From Marsupella aquatica (Eukaryota > Plantae > Marchantiophyta), in contig OZ316893.1 of NCBI GenBank assembly GCA_973895155.1, positions 18,852,857 through 18,916,856 on the forward strand: DNA of 64,000 nt, given 5' to 3'. The translations under genes and the position numbers were made by a program. How positions within the stretch are numbered: position 1 is the stretch's first letter; every line of letters starts with the position of its first letter. Below, piece by piece: positions 1 to 11,814 of this stretch. The notes beneath the pieces are model-generated. The model saw nothing but the letters and a program-made list of their open reading frames with translations, did no database searches and was not told the origin of the DNA.

Positions 1-231
1 TGCCTATAGACACCAGCAAAAGGGAATCGAGAAGAGGATCATAGCTTTGAAACAACCGTGATGTCTTCTCATTGATGTAGTAGGGCAATCAAAAGATAAG
101 CAAATTGCCCTCTTAAGTGGACGCTGCCTGTCTTGACCACTGACGCGCGGGAGTGGCAGCAATCAGATAATGAGCCTAAAACCAATACCTGACCTCTAAA
201 CCGTTGGAAACAAAATTGTGCTGCCGTAAAG

Positions 232-2999
232 TCACCCACCAGGTAGCGAGATATTGATATCTGTTGCGGTTCGTCGCGCGGAATCGGACTGCGGCGGTTG
301 CCAGCCCCCAAACTGGCTCATGCTGTGCTGGGGATTAGGGGTTCCGTTTCCACCTTGGTGATTGACAGATTGATGACTTGGAGTTCCCCCTTGGCCAGAG
401 GTCTTACTTCCAGATGTTTCCGTCTTTGCAGGACGTGCTGGGAGGGAAACTGCAGCAACGGTCACACCGGGAGTGCCCGTCGAGGGCGATAATCCAATGG
501 AAGTTGTCATCAAGCTCACCATGCTTTCTCCGTTTCCAGCGCCCAAAGGCGATGTTGGCAGTCGATTTTTCACTCCACTATCAGAGACAACGAAACTCCC
601 TACTACTATCTGGAGAAAGAAACAAAGGACAGTTACAATTCGGACACTGAGAAAACGCGTGAGAGTGACAAGAGCAGGCACCCTGCTTGGATTAGAAAGG
701 ATTAGGAAGCACACGCTCTCCAGCTGAAATTATTCCATGATTCCGGATTCACTCGATCATTCGAGGAACATCAGACGTTCTAAGAAGAAAGACGTAAACT
801 ATTCACAAAGGAAACAGATAGACATGAACGAGGCCGCTGAACCAAAACGGGAGCAAGAATGCGCAAATGAGGATAACGGATGCTGCAAGAAGTCTCACCT
901 GAACCGGAGTTGCCGCAACAAGCAAGCCCGATACACTTCCACCCACAACCTTCCCGTCACTTGCAGCTAACGACACGCTCAATCCACCGGTCCTATTCCG
1001 GGCACCATTTACATCCGTGGGAAGGAAAGATCCCGAAAGTGACAGAATCTCGTACCGACCCTGCGCCACTCGACCCGGCCAAATATCCCATCAGATTGAT
1101 TTAGTCTGCAGATGTCTCTCACTTGACCAGACTACGACGAAAGCACTTGACGCGACTTTTCCTCTAGCAGTCGAGAATGTGGAGCACGTCGCTGTATATT
1201 TCATGAGTTCAATTTTGGGGGCTGATTATGACCCTTGATCTCAAACCTGTTACTGCGGATCAGGGAAAAGTCAGCCAGTTTTCTCGGATCGCTGGTCCAT
1301 AATCTTCTTGCGAAGCTCCTCCGATGAAAGCAATGAGGTAAAGCACATTGGGCCTCACCTCGTAAGTGATACTGCCACCATAGGAAGAGTCGTGGCGCAG
1401 TGTCACGTTGGATATAGACCCGTTCGCTGATAGCACGCATACGGCTCGTGGTCCTTGCTGACAGAAGGCAAATATTTTGTTCGCAACATCCTGTCGCGAC
1501 CAAAACCAAGAAAGACATTGAAACTAGGCCCACAGACGCGGAGATAACTTTAGCGTACATCAAAAAATCTGATGTCATAGTAGATTCAAAAATTTCTTGT
1601 GACGTACGAAATCAGCCACTAAACGACCCAGCCACAGTGGGAAGTTTCGGAAGTTTGGCGAGTTGAAGATAATTGTAAACCATGAAAAGAACCTGACGAT
1701 GGCATCGCTTTCTGACCAATTAATTATCAGGGATAAATAGTTCCACGAATTACACTATATAGTTGGAGGGATCCAAGTGAGCCATGTGTGAGCCACCCAA
1801 GGCAGAGGTTCCAGATACATGTGCCAAACACTGACTAGGCATCATTGAGACTCTTCCCCACTTGCTCAAACCCCGCTTCCCATCCGCAAATGACCACAGA
1901 GTAGATTGCCGAGTGCCGAAGACGATCATTCGCGCAAAATTCCATGGTATCGAGCACGTGAGGTCACAGTTAAAAAACAACAACACCAGGCGTGTTTGCT
2001 CACCTCCCCGGCTGCAATGGTAATAACGTGAGGGATGAAGCCACTTCCAGCCGCTCCTGTCAACCAACCACCTGAAAAGATTGCTTAAGATTCATGAGTG
2101 AAAGGGAAAAACGGTAAAAGAACGGAAAAGCTGAACCCCGTATTCCTTCATTAGAATCTGAAGATCCCCGACCCAGAAAAGAAATTCACAAAATAAACTA
2201 GAATGACCTGGGATCCGGAAACGCCGGGATATATCTAAATAAACAAGAGATTCAATATGGAGAACAATAGGAACCGTTTCTGGAAAAGGAAAAAAGACGA
2301 TCACGGCGTCTCCGTCATAACACCCACAAACTGTACACGTAACCTTGCTTGATTAGGTCATAATGCACAACGATAAGGTAGGAGTAACTACCATTTGATG
2401 AAGCTGCAACAAGAAGGAAATCGTCAAACCGTCAGTATTTGATCTTGGAGGAGCAACGATTGTACGCAGTCACAGACATTCAGAACTAGCAGAGCAAAGC
2501 ACCGAACTGTGGCAACGACAAGAGAGGCGGAAGAAACATTACCGAAGGCTGCAAGTTGCTGCTTCTTGCCCGAGCCTGGGGGTCGTCCACGACCGCGTTT
2601 CTCTGAAGGGGAGGTCAGGTCCTTAGTTGGAGCGATGGGGGTGAGAGCGAGTGATGTACCCAGCGTAACGCCACCTCCGTCCGCTCCGGGATACTTACGA
2701 GGCCTCCCTCGCTTCCTTTTCTGAGGATCGGGTCGTGCCACATTGGGCGAACCTATCCCACCAGAGTAAGTTCCCGCTTGCCCAATATTCATGTTCATCA
2801 GATTTTGGGGCGAACTAGCGCCATCTGAACTTGGACTAGCGAGGGAAATGGCAGTTGTCGTTGGCCGCAACGGAGCAGGTGCATGTAATCCTCCACCTGT
2901 ATTTACAGATGGAATGGGCCTCTGCTGCAAGTGAAAGCCTAAGTTGCCTTGCATGCTCCCCCCGCCACCTCCTGGACTAGGTCCATCCCTGCCTTCCAT
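232..2999 (-). CDS. AHL: AT-hook motif nuclear-localized protein (AHL, clade B, two AT-hooks + PPC/DUF296), about 398 aa; exons 2999-2543, 2071-2004, 1490-1359, 1060-899, 609-232
   Basis: Exon 1 has [10 protein letters not shown] and [13 protein letters not shown]-hooks. Exon 2 reads [13 protein letters not shown], exon 3 [32 protein letters not shown]...TYE, exon 4 [13 protein letters not shown]...GGLSVSLA...VVGG, exon 5 IVVGSF. All four introns are GT-AG and exon lengths 457+68+132+162+378 keep the frame. Confidence 0.93.
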
Positions 3000-4740
3000 G
3001 CATAGACTGATCCGCCGGCTTGCTCACTCGAGCTCGGTCAGATCCCAATCGCTGGTCCCCGCTCGCTTCTTCCCTCTGCTCCGCTCTTTGCAACTCCGCA
3101 ACGGACTGCTAACAGGCACTGGTTTCCTTCCCCTACAAGCAAACCAACGATCTCCCTCTCGCCTGCCTCCTCTACGAATTGGTTAAGTGAATGTTCTCCA
3201 GCTCTACCTTAGAACTAAAACTGCCTTGAGATTTCCATCTGCACCTCAGCCCTGAGAAAATGCAGCATCGGTGGCTCACAACATTTGAAGCTTCTGCTTG
3301 AATGCAGCCTGGCCCTGCAAATATCACTAAATTCGCAGATGCTCTGCACCCGCGCACAAACCCACCAACCGTGCACATTGTTAGAATTTATCGTGCTATC
3401 TTCTCTTACATGACTGTCTCGCGGGCTCACGCTTTCCCTCGACGCAGGCTTCCATTTCCTCCCCCTACTCTCTGTGTAAACCCTATCTTGCAACCAATCG
3501 ATCCATCTCCTCGATTGTGTTGTTCAGAGGATTTGCATCTCACTAAAATATTTGCTATCTTTGAGGAGGCAGTTTCCGCGGATCACGATCAGCACACTGT
3601 CTGCGTCGGCCAAATTCCATGACGCGGAAACCTTGCGAGCGAAGTGCAACACCGCCAAAGAAAGTGCAGAATCGGAACTGCAATTCACAACCAACAATAC
3701 CCAGTACCACAACGACCACAGAAAAACAGCGCAGGGAGGTTTTGCTTCGAGAAAAGTGCGAACGAAAACTTACCTCCAAGACAGAATGGGACGGATCAGG
3801 GGATATAACTCACGAGTCCGAGATTGATTATAGCTCAATAAAACAAAGCACCGAGTAAAGAAGTAAACTACCCAATCAGCTGAAAAAAACCGGCCACAAA
3901 TGCTAAATTTTATCTGTCTTTTCTATATTTTCCCGAAACCTCTCGTCAGATTATTTCTCCTTTTTTATTATTCTCTCGCCAAGCTCGACGTTTCTTTCTT
4001 TTCTTCCGGTCCAGAAAAGAAAATCCTCAAGAAAATCACCCCTTCTTCACCCAACTCAGCTAACTCTCGACGGAGAAAATGAACGCACAAGTGCTGTATG
4101 ATCTTCCGTTCATGTATGTGTGCGTATCATAAAAACACCGGCCACTCTTGCTGTCTGCCACTGTCTGCCTGTCCGCACGCTTGCGTTCTTTTTGGCCCGA
4201 TTGCAGTCCATTCTCGGCAATCCAACTAACCGCGGTTACGCCCGACCCTTGAAAGGTGTCCCTACTGCGGTTGGTTAAGGCAGGCGGACCCGCCCCTATA
4301 TTGGTTTCTACTCTACAGTATTACTAGTACTCTACTGTAGGTTCCTTCCGTAACAGCACTTCGCCTACCGCCTACGCCCTACTGTATAGACCGACTGCCC
4401 ACACGCGAGGCGAGTGGGGCCACGTTTCACCACGTGTTATCACCGGCTAACCGGTAGCCCTCGTCGGCATTCCCCGGTGGCTACCCGTGACTGCTTCTGA
4501 GGTGCTCTGATCCTGACTAATTTCAGTAATTTGCCCTTTTTCCCTTTTCCCGGGCACGAAGGAAACCCTCCACTGTATTTCGCGTGCTGCTGTACAGTAG
4601 GTACGAAGTATCCATCTGGTTCCCCCGTCAGGAAAGAACCCCCGGTTTAACCTGACGGGCAAGTTGACGGATTGCCGGGCACGTCAAACTGTCAAATGAC
4701 GGCTCGAAAATAACCAATTTGACGGATATTCCACAATATT

Positions 4741-5290
4741 CTCCCGAACTCACCCATACTCCCCCGGACCCTTCCCAGACTCCTCCCGAACTCACCCGGA
4801 CCCTTCCCGGACTCCCCTAGACCCTTCCCGGACTCCTCCCGAACTCACCCGGACCCTTCCCGGACTCCCCTAGACCCTTCCCGGACTCCCCCGGACCCCG
4901 GTTCGGGGTGGCAGCCAGCCGGGGCCGGGTCTGGGGTCGGGGCTGGGGGAAGGAGGGCGGGGTTTAGAGTCCCGGACTCCCCCGGACCCGAACCCGGACC
5001 CTTCCCGAACTCCCCCGAACTCCCCCGAAACTCCCCCGACCCTCCCCCGAACTCCCCCGAAACTCCCCCGAAACACCCCCGACCCTCCCCCGAACTCCCC
5101 CGACCTACCCTGAACTCCCGGTCCCCCGAACCTTGCCCAAACTCCCCCGAACCTGGCCCAGACTCCCCCGAACCCGAACTCCCCCTCGCCTGAACTCCCC
5201 CGAACTCCCCCGACCTCCCCCAAACCTCGCCCGAACCCGGCCCGAATGTCTCCCGAACTTGTCCCGGCCCGGACTGCTCCCGAACCCGGG
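4741..5290. repeat. C-rich (G-rich on minus strand) tandem/low-complexity repeat
   Basis: About 52-bp unit ctcccgaactcacccggacccttcccggactcccctagacccttcccggact at 4741-4890, then about 10-bp gaactccccc units at 4975-5290. Confidence 0.85.
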
Positions 5291-5622
5291 TGCCGGGTTG
5301 CCGATTTGCCGACGATTTTTGGCCAGTTTGACGGGCAAGGTCAAACCAGGAAAGAACCCGTCCAGTGTATTTTACTGCAGTCGGTATCATCTCAAACATA
5401 AAATATCCACGTAGCGCAGCGAAAGACCGACCATTTACGCGCGTCAAAACTGACGTATCCCTCTATGGAGTCTCTTTGTTCGTCTTTTCCCTTTGTTGGG
5501 TGCCCTAAAGAGAATTATGGGTGGTGGACCCTTTGAGGGCAATTAGTCTAGGGGGTTACCATGCATGATCTCCAATAAGGGATGGAGTCACTTTGAATTA
5601 AGTTCATTTGGCTTGACTATGT

Positions 5623-5963
5623 TGTTGGAAAAATAGTCATGAAACAACCACGAGCATGTTGGGATAATTGTCACGAAACAACCACGAGCACAACCAGCAA
5701 GCATGCATACACCGACACCACGAGATACATGGTTCACCTTTGTCAAGGCTATGTCCACTGGAACACACAAACCATCCTAGTACAAGCTCTCCTCTACACC
5801 TCGCTAGCTCCCTCAACAATGAGCATGAGTCTCCAAGGAAAGCTCTCCCTAGCCCCTCTATACATGCTAGATGCAAGAGTCACGGCTAATCACCATGAAC
5901 AACCTAATGGCAGTTTAGCCTAAGTAGCAAGAGATTACCCCAAGACTAAAGTTAATCCTAACA
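5623..5963 (-). repeat. Copia-type LTR (3' LTR of a minus-strand element)
   Basis: TG...CA ends (tgttgg...cctaaca). Adjoins the Copia RNaseH end and is clearly similar to 31502-31839. Its first ~34 bp are duplicated (5623 and 5657). Confidence 0.7.
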
Positions 5964-6096
5964 AAATTCCCTTGACTCTGGTCTTGGTGTATGTAACATC
6001 TGCTAACCATATACTCAACGGGAAGTTCTAGAAAGAAAACTTAAACTAAGTTCATGCATACAATCATATGCAAAGTTACAATAATGCTAGGTCACT

Positions 6097-7620
6097 CTAC
6101 TTATGCTCCAAAGACAAAATCTTCAATGTTGCAGGATGCCTTGAGAAACTCTCCAATGGAAGTACTTTGGTAAATGCATTAGTTGGATTGAGTTTATTGT
6201 TAATCTTGACTAGCTCAATCAACTTATCAGACGCCGTTTGCCTGATAAAATGGTAGATGATGTTGATGTGCTTTACTCTACTGTTCATCACTTGATTCAC
6301 AACTAGATGTAAGGCACTCTAGCCGTCACAATTGAGATTTACCACATCACGTGTCAATTCCATCTCAGTGACCAACAGGTCCAACCAAATTCCTTCATTT
6401 GCAGCTTTTGCCACACCCATGTACTCAACTTTTATCATTGACTAAGCAACGCACTTCTGCAATGTTGATCCCCAAATTATGCATCCACCTCCCAATGTAA
6501 ACACATAACCTGTTGTAGACCTCCTTCCATCCAGGTTTCGGCCATAGTCAGCATCCACAAATCCAACCTATGATTTGGCATTGTAAGAGTTTGCATCAAA
6601 CAAGAGACAAAATTCATTGTGCCCTTAAGATACTTGAGAATCCACTTCATTGGCATAACCTAGGTAGTACTCCTTCCTTGGATTTGACATGTACCTCATG
6701 AATTTGCCCATCGCTAGGGCTAGATCTAGCCTGGTGCAGATAATGAGAAACATGAGACTGCCTATTGCCTGCTCATAAGGGATTTTTTACATGAATCCCT
6801 TACCCATAGCATCAATCGGACACTATGCAAAGGATCACTTAAAATGAGATGCCAAAGGGGTACTCACAACCTTGCAACCCTCCACGTTGAACCTTGCAAC
6901 TATATTCCTTGCATACTTGCCTTGTGTCAACCAAAACTTGTCATGTTTAAAGTCCCTAGGTATCTCGATACCCAAAATCCTCTTGGTTGCACCTAGATCT
7001 TTCATAAACTCAAAGCTAAGTTTTGCCTTTAGTTTATTCACCTCAGATCTATCCTTAGCCATAATAAGCATGTCATCAACATATAGCACCAGAATAATGA
7101 AACCAAACACATCATTATTCACAAGCTTCAAATACACACAAGAATCAAAACATTTCGCTTGAAACCTTGTGAGAGCATGAAGTCGTCAAACCTTTTGTTC
7201 CACTGCTTAGGAGGTTGCTTCAAATCATATACAATGATTTGAGCAATCTGCAATACCAAATCCTCTTTGCCTTAAGCTACAAAGCCTGACCGCTGGTTGT
7301 CTCAAGAATATGGTCTCAACCAGATTTCCATCTTGATTTCCATAGAGGAATGTTGTGACAACATCCATAGGATATATCCAACACAAGACCAAAGAACATC
7401 ACAAGTACACACAATAAGCAAATTGTTGCAAAGTTACTTGGCAACTACGGAATATACCTCATTATAATCCACACCTTTCTCTTGTGTGAACCCCTTGGTC
7501 ACTAACCTGCCCACTAACCTAGCCTTGAAGATCTGCTTTTTACCTTCGATGGGGTTATCTTTCTTCTTGTAGACCCATTTACTCTCCATCAGTCACTACC
7601 ATCAGGAAGTTCCACCAACA
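6097..7620 (-). pseudogene. Ty1/Copia pol remnant (RT + RNase H)
   Basis: KWVYKKK, YDLKQPPKQW, LVLYVDDMLI, KDLGATKRILGIEI, STTGYVFTLGG, KHINIIYHFIR, NPTNAFTK motifs, with many stops and frameshifts. Confidence 0.9.
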
Positions 7621-10600
7621 GGAGGCTCATGATCAATGATCAAGCTGAAGGGGTTACAAAACAAGAAGCAACATAAGTGTGCCACAGCCCACACTGCTGC
7701 CAAACACTCTCCCTCATAAGAGCTATACTTAGCCTCTATTGAACTGTTTGATCTACTAGTATAAGCCACAACAAACTCATTCCCCTCATCATCCTTTTGA
7801 GTCAACACTACTCCAAGTCCTACTCCACTCCAATCAATGTGTAGCTAAAATGGTCTCCCTGAAATGGGTCTTCTCAAAATAGGGGATAATGCCAATCTTT
7901 CTTTCAACTCTTGAAAGGCATGCTCTTGGTCATCACCCTAAATCCATTCCTGATCCAACTTAGTGAGCATGGTTAAAGGTTTAGCAAGCTGGCTAAATCC
8001 TTTAACATACTTCCTATAGTAGCTTGCCGATCCCAAGAATCTCGGGGGTTTCACTTCCACAAAAATGGCATATCACGTGCGACGAAGGATAGGGTCATTT
8101 TATTGGTTCTAAGGGAAGACTTAAGAATTTTTGTAGAAGAACAATAGGGTCTTTTAAATTCAATTTTGAGACTTATAAGAATATTAGGGTCTTTTTAATC
8201 CAATTTTTAGAATATTCCAAGAATATTCCAACTTTATAGGGGTTAAAAAATTAATTTTTTTTCTTACATTTTAGGGGGTCCGAGGCCTAAAAACGTCGCA
8301 GGCGATGGGGAGGTCCCCATATAGTGAGACCCCCGAGCCAAGAATGCACGAACTCTACTCACATTGGTAGGACGGGGAATCTGTGTGATGGCCTCCACCT
8401 TAGTCTGCTGCACACCCAATCCCCTTGGGTAGATAGTGTGGCCCAAATGCTCAATCTGGTCTTGGAAGAACTTACACTTGCCAGGATGGAGTTTCAACCC
8501 ATGTTCTCTCAATCTCTCCAACACAATCTGTAAGTGTTGCTGATGTTCTTCCACAATGGAAGAATAGACCAAAATATCATCAATGTAACATCTGACAAAA
8601 TCCAAACCTACAAGAATTCGATCCATGACTCTTTGGAATTCAACTGGTGCATTCTTCAACCCAAATGGTAAGAACAACCACTGATACAAATGATCCTTGC
8701 CATGCAAATCAATTCCTCATAATGTTGTTTTGGACTTGTCAGAATGTCTGATTGGAAGCTGATGGTACCCTGCCCTCAGATCCAATGAACAAAAAACCTT
8801 TGCATGCCCCACAACATCAAAGATCTCCTCAGGTGTGGGCATGGCATATCAATCAGATCTTGTGTGACGATTAATAGGTCGATAATCACCACACATGCAC
8901 CTATTCGTGTAATTGCCATGCACGTCCTTCTTGGCTTGGCTGGCATCATTGTGGCAGATGCATACTCCCCGTATGAGATCTCCACCAAACCAGCCTAACA
9001 AATCCTGAGTTCTGCTCCGAATCAAAGCTCTCTCCATGTCACTATAACGGTATGGTCTATGAAAGATTGACGCATCACTAGCCAATTCAATCTGAATACC
9101 AGGGCACATAGATTAGGGTTATCACATAGATTAGATCCTTAGGATCTGTGGTCACAGTAGGAGCAACATCACCTCCCTATCTCTCTGCATGTGGCATACC
9201 TTGGCCACAACCACCACCTCTATCTCCTCTTTTGTGATCATGTGTGCGTTGTCCTCCTCTTCGTAACTTAGGATGGAGTGAGAAACACCTATCCTTGGTG
9301 TGTCCAAGAGCTCCACAATGATCACACTACCGTTGATCAGGTGCTCAGGCCCCTCCTGGCCCTCTATGGTCAGGGCAATATTGTTACACATGATCCCCAC
9401 CACAGGTCCAATATCCAGACTGTTGTCTAGCATAGGATGACATAGGTCTTTGATTGGTAGATTCTCGTGCAATGAGCTTCTTCCTCTGGCTCTTATGTGC
9501 TGTAGGCTGTGATGTGGGTGTAGATGCAGCCTTGGTGCTTCCTTGGCGAATCCGAAAGTCACCACTTTTTTATTCACCATATTGTATCCATCACCAATGG
9601 CACTAGTGTGATTGGTGATGGATACATCACTAGTGCCATTGGTGCCATTTCAGTGTTGAGTGATGGATACATAATTAGGCGACCAATGCTGCCTCCATGC
9701 CTCAATCTTAACCAAATAAGTCTTCTGAAACTCATGGTAGTCATACATGGGTGGCCCCTTCAAATGCTAAAATAATCCATTTTATGCCATGAAATGGGTA
9801 AATAACGTGGCGTTATGCAATGTCTACATATTGCACCACATATTAAACTCCTGGATAAAGTCATCCAGATCAATTGTGTCAACTGCACTATAATATTGTC
9901 GTGGGCCCTTTGTAGCCCCGTACATCTCTTCCATATCTCACAACAAAGATGCAACCACCTGATGACAAGGAGAACTAGTCACTGAGTCCTTGTCAGAATC
10001 ATTGTCTGAAGCTGCACTGCTGACTGCTACCAATATTCTTGGCCATTAAAACTGTACCCCACTTTGAGTGAAATCGGTCCGTCATCCATTGGGTAGCCCC
10101 ACAGCACCAGAAGAATCCGTGATGACCAATCACAAATGTAGTTATCAATCTAATCTATGTGATAACCCTAATTGGGCAATTTGTTCCTGCCAGCACCACA
10201 AGCACTCACCATGGTGTGTTGGGCATCATTCCAACATCACCATGAGAGAAATACACAGCACAACTAGAGTGTCTGGTTGTAAACCTTAATCACTCCTATG
10301 GAATCAAACGCCCACACAAAACTAACATGACGCGTAGACAAGAAGCATGTGTGGAGAGAGTCCAACAACAAGAATGGATAAACAATAACTTTTCACACCA
10401 AGAGTGATCACAAATCAATCAAACAATGTTCATAACGTTCAATGTAGGGCCTTCATAATAGGCCTCGAGGATCCCATGTCAATTACCCAAGAATCCACCG
10501 CAAATAAGTTCAAATTGAGTATTTAAATGGATGCAGAAGTGAATAAAACCCTTAGGGCCTCATTCCTTGGACACCAAGTGTGAAAGGAATTAAGCATGTA

Positions 10601-10714
10601 CAATGCACCACATAAGAACTAGCTAGTTAAGCACATGAGGGGAAGAATAGTTTTGGGATGGGTGACCTCTCACTTGTCATTATGCACCAAATTTGCCACT
10701 CCAAAATGACAACA
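7621..10714 (-). mobile_element. Truncated, internally deleted Ty3/Gypsy element related to the DNMT-bearing element (gag fragments, RT, part of RNase H, putative 5' terminal repeat ~10158-10714)
   Basis: RT FLPFGLKNAP...RCYIDDIL and RNaseH AYTSRS...YEGECLA. Colinear nucleotide similarity to 36200-37376, 40152-40575 and 51060-51470. Confidence 0.88.
8041..8337. mobile_element. MITE, 297 bp, 15-bp TIR, 8-bp TSD CCAAGAAT
   Basis: Ends CTCGGGGGTTTCACT / AGTGAGACCCCCGAG, with ccaagaat at 8033-8040 and 8338-8345. The paralogous RT site near 36610 lacks the insert. Confidence 0.93.
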
Positions 10715-10739
10715 CTTGCAATTCTCCTCATATATCAGT

Positions 10740-11262
10740 AAGCTGGCTCTTGCTGGCCCACCCGCTCCTGCTCCGCCCTTATGCCCCTCGTCCCAAGTAA
10801 CCACGAGTTGCCTCAAAGACTAGTAAGTTGTGTCTTTAGCCACTTTGCCTGTATTTTGCCACCATTCTTGAAGCTTCCCCTGATGTCTCCAAGGATAGTA
10901 GCCTTCTTGTGCATTAGCACTTGCTTCCACGTCAAATGGCATCCCACCTCAGCACTTACAATTTTCCGCATCCTTTTCTTAAACAGAAAGAAGCTTGTGC
11001 CTCGTGGGCACATATTTTCATCCAGCTCAAGCGCCTTCAAAGAAGATTCTCTTAGCCTTCATTCCTTTCGCTCCTCTCGACTTTCCTTCTTCTTGATTCT
11101 TTCTATTCCACCTGATAGTTTAGGGTCATGTGCATCCGATACCAATTTTGCATTCATCCCCGCCATGGCTTGGGTCACACGAGTGTCTATTCTAGCTCCA
11201 AGTACTTCCAAATAATCAAAATATGTCTTCCCAATGTTTGAACCTACAACGTCCACATTCAA
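10740..11262 (-). pseudogene. Possible decayed CACTA accessory (TnpA-like) ORF fragments
   Basis: Basic, helical ORF pieces at 10813-11040 and 11059-11262 (e.g. LTWKQVLMHKKATIL...WLKTQL) next to CACTA remnants. No diagnostic motif. Confidence 0.3.
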
Positions 11263-11814
11263 AGCACCAGGAAAGTTGTCCTACAAAATGTCAACAATGG
11301 GAGGCAATTGGCAGAAGGATACCTGGCTCTCCCACTTTATCTACAGCCGCTATGTGTACATCATTATTCAATTTTGTGAGTTGCACTACCTCATTGTTGT
11401 CGAGGGCCATGGTCTGGTTGCATTTAATCCAAGTCCCACAACTTCTTCATCAGTCATAACCATATTGTCTTGTACAATCTTATTGAATTGCTTTAGGTGA
11501 GGCCTATGGATGGAGTACTTGTGTGCATAGCATTGACAACAGACAACTAATGCAATCAAACTAGAGTTGCCTTTACAAAGTGAGATGACAAAGATCGGCC
11601 CTAATGCGCCAGTACAAGAATGGGAGTGCATGTCGTGAAAGGAAAATCAATGTCATGGAAGATGTTCACTCCTAGTTGAATGGGTTATCTCAAAACTTTG
11701 TAGGGTTTATGCATAGACTTCCTAACATTTCCTGGATTCAAATCCCGATAGGTAAGTAGTATTATTTTCCATATATCTTTCTAATTAGAAAATTGTGACT
11801 ATCTTAAAGCTCAC

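Noticed and set aside
4845-5447. Gly-rich ORFs (200 aa and overlapping)
   Set aside because: Translation artefacts of the G/C-rich tandem repeat.
7594-7604. CACTA left terminus (cactacc)
   Set aside because: Lies within Copia RT coding sequence (LVELPDG...KWVYK); no matching TSD or subterminal repeats.
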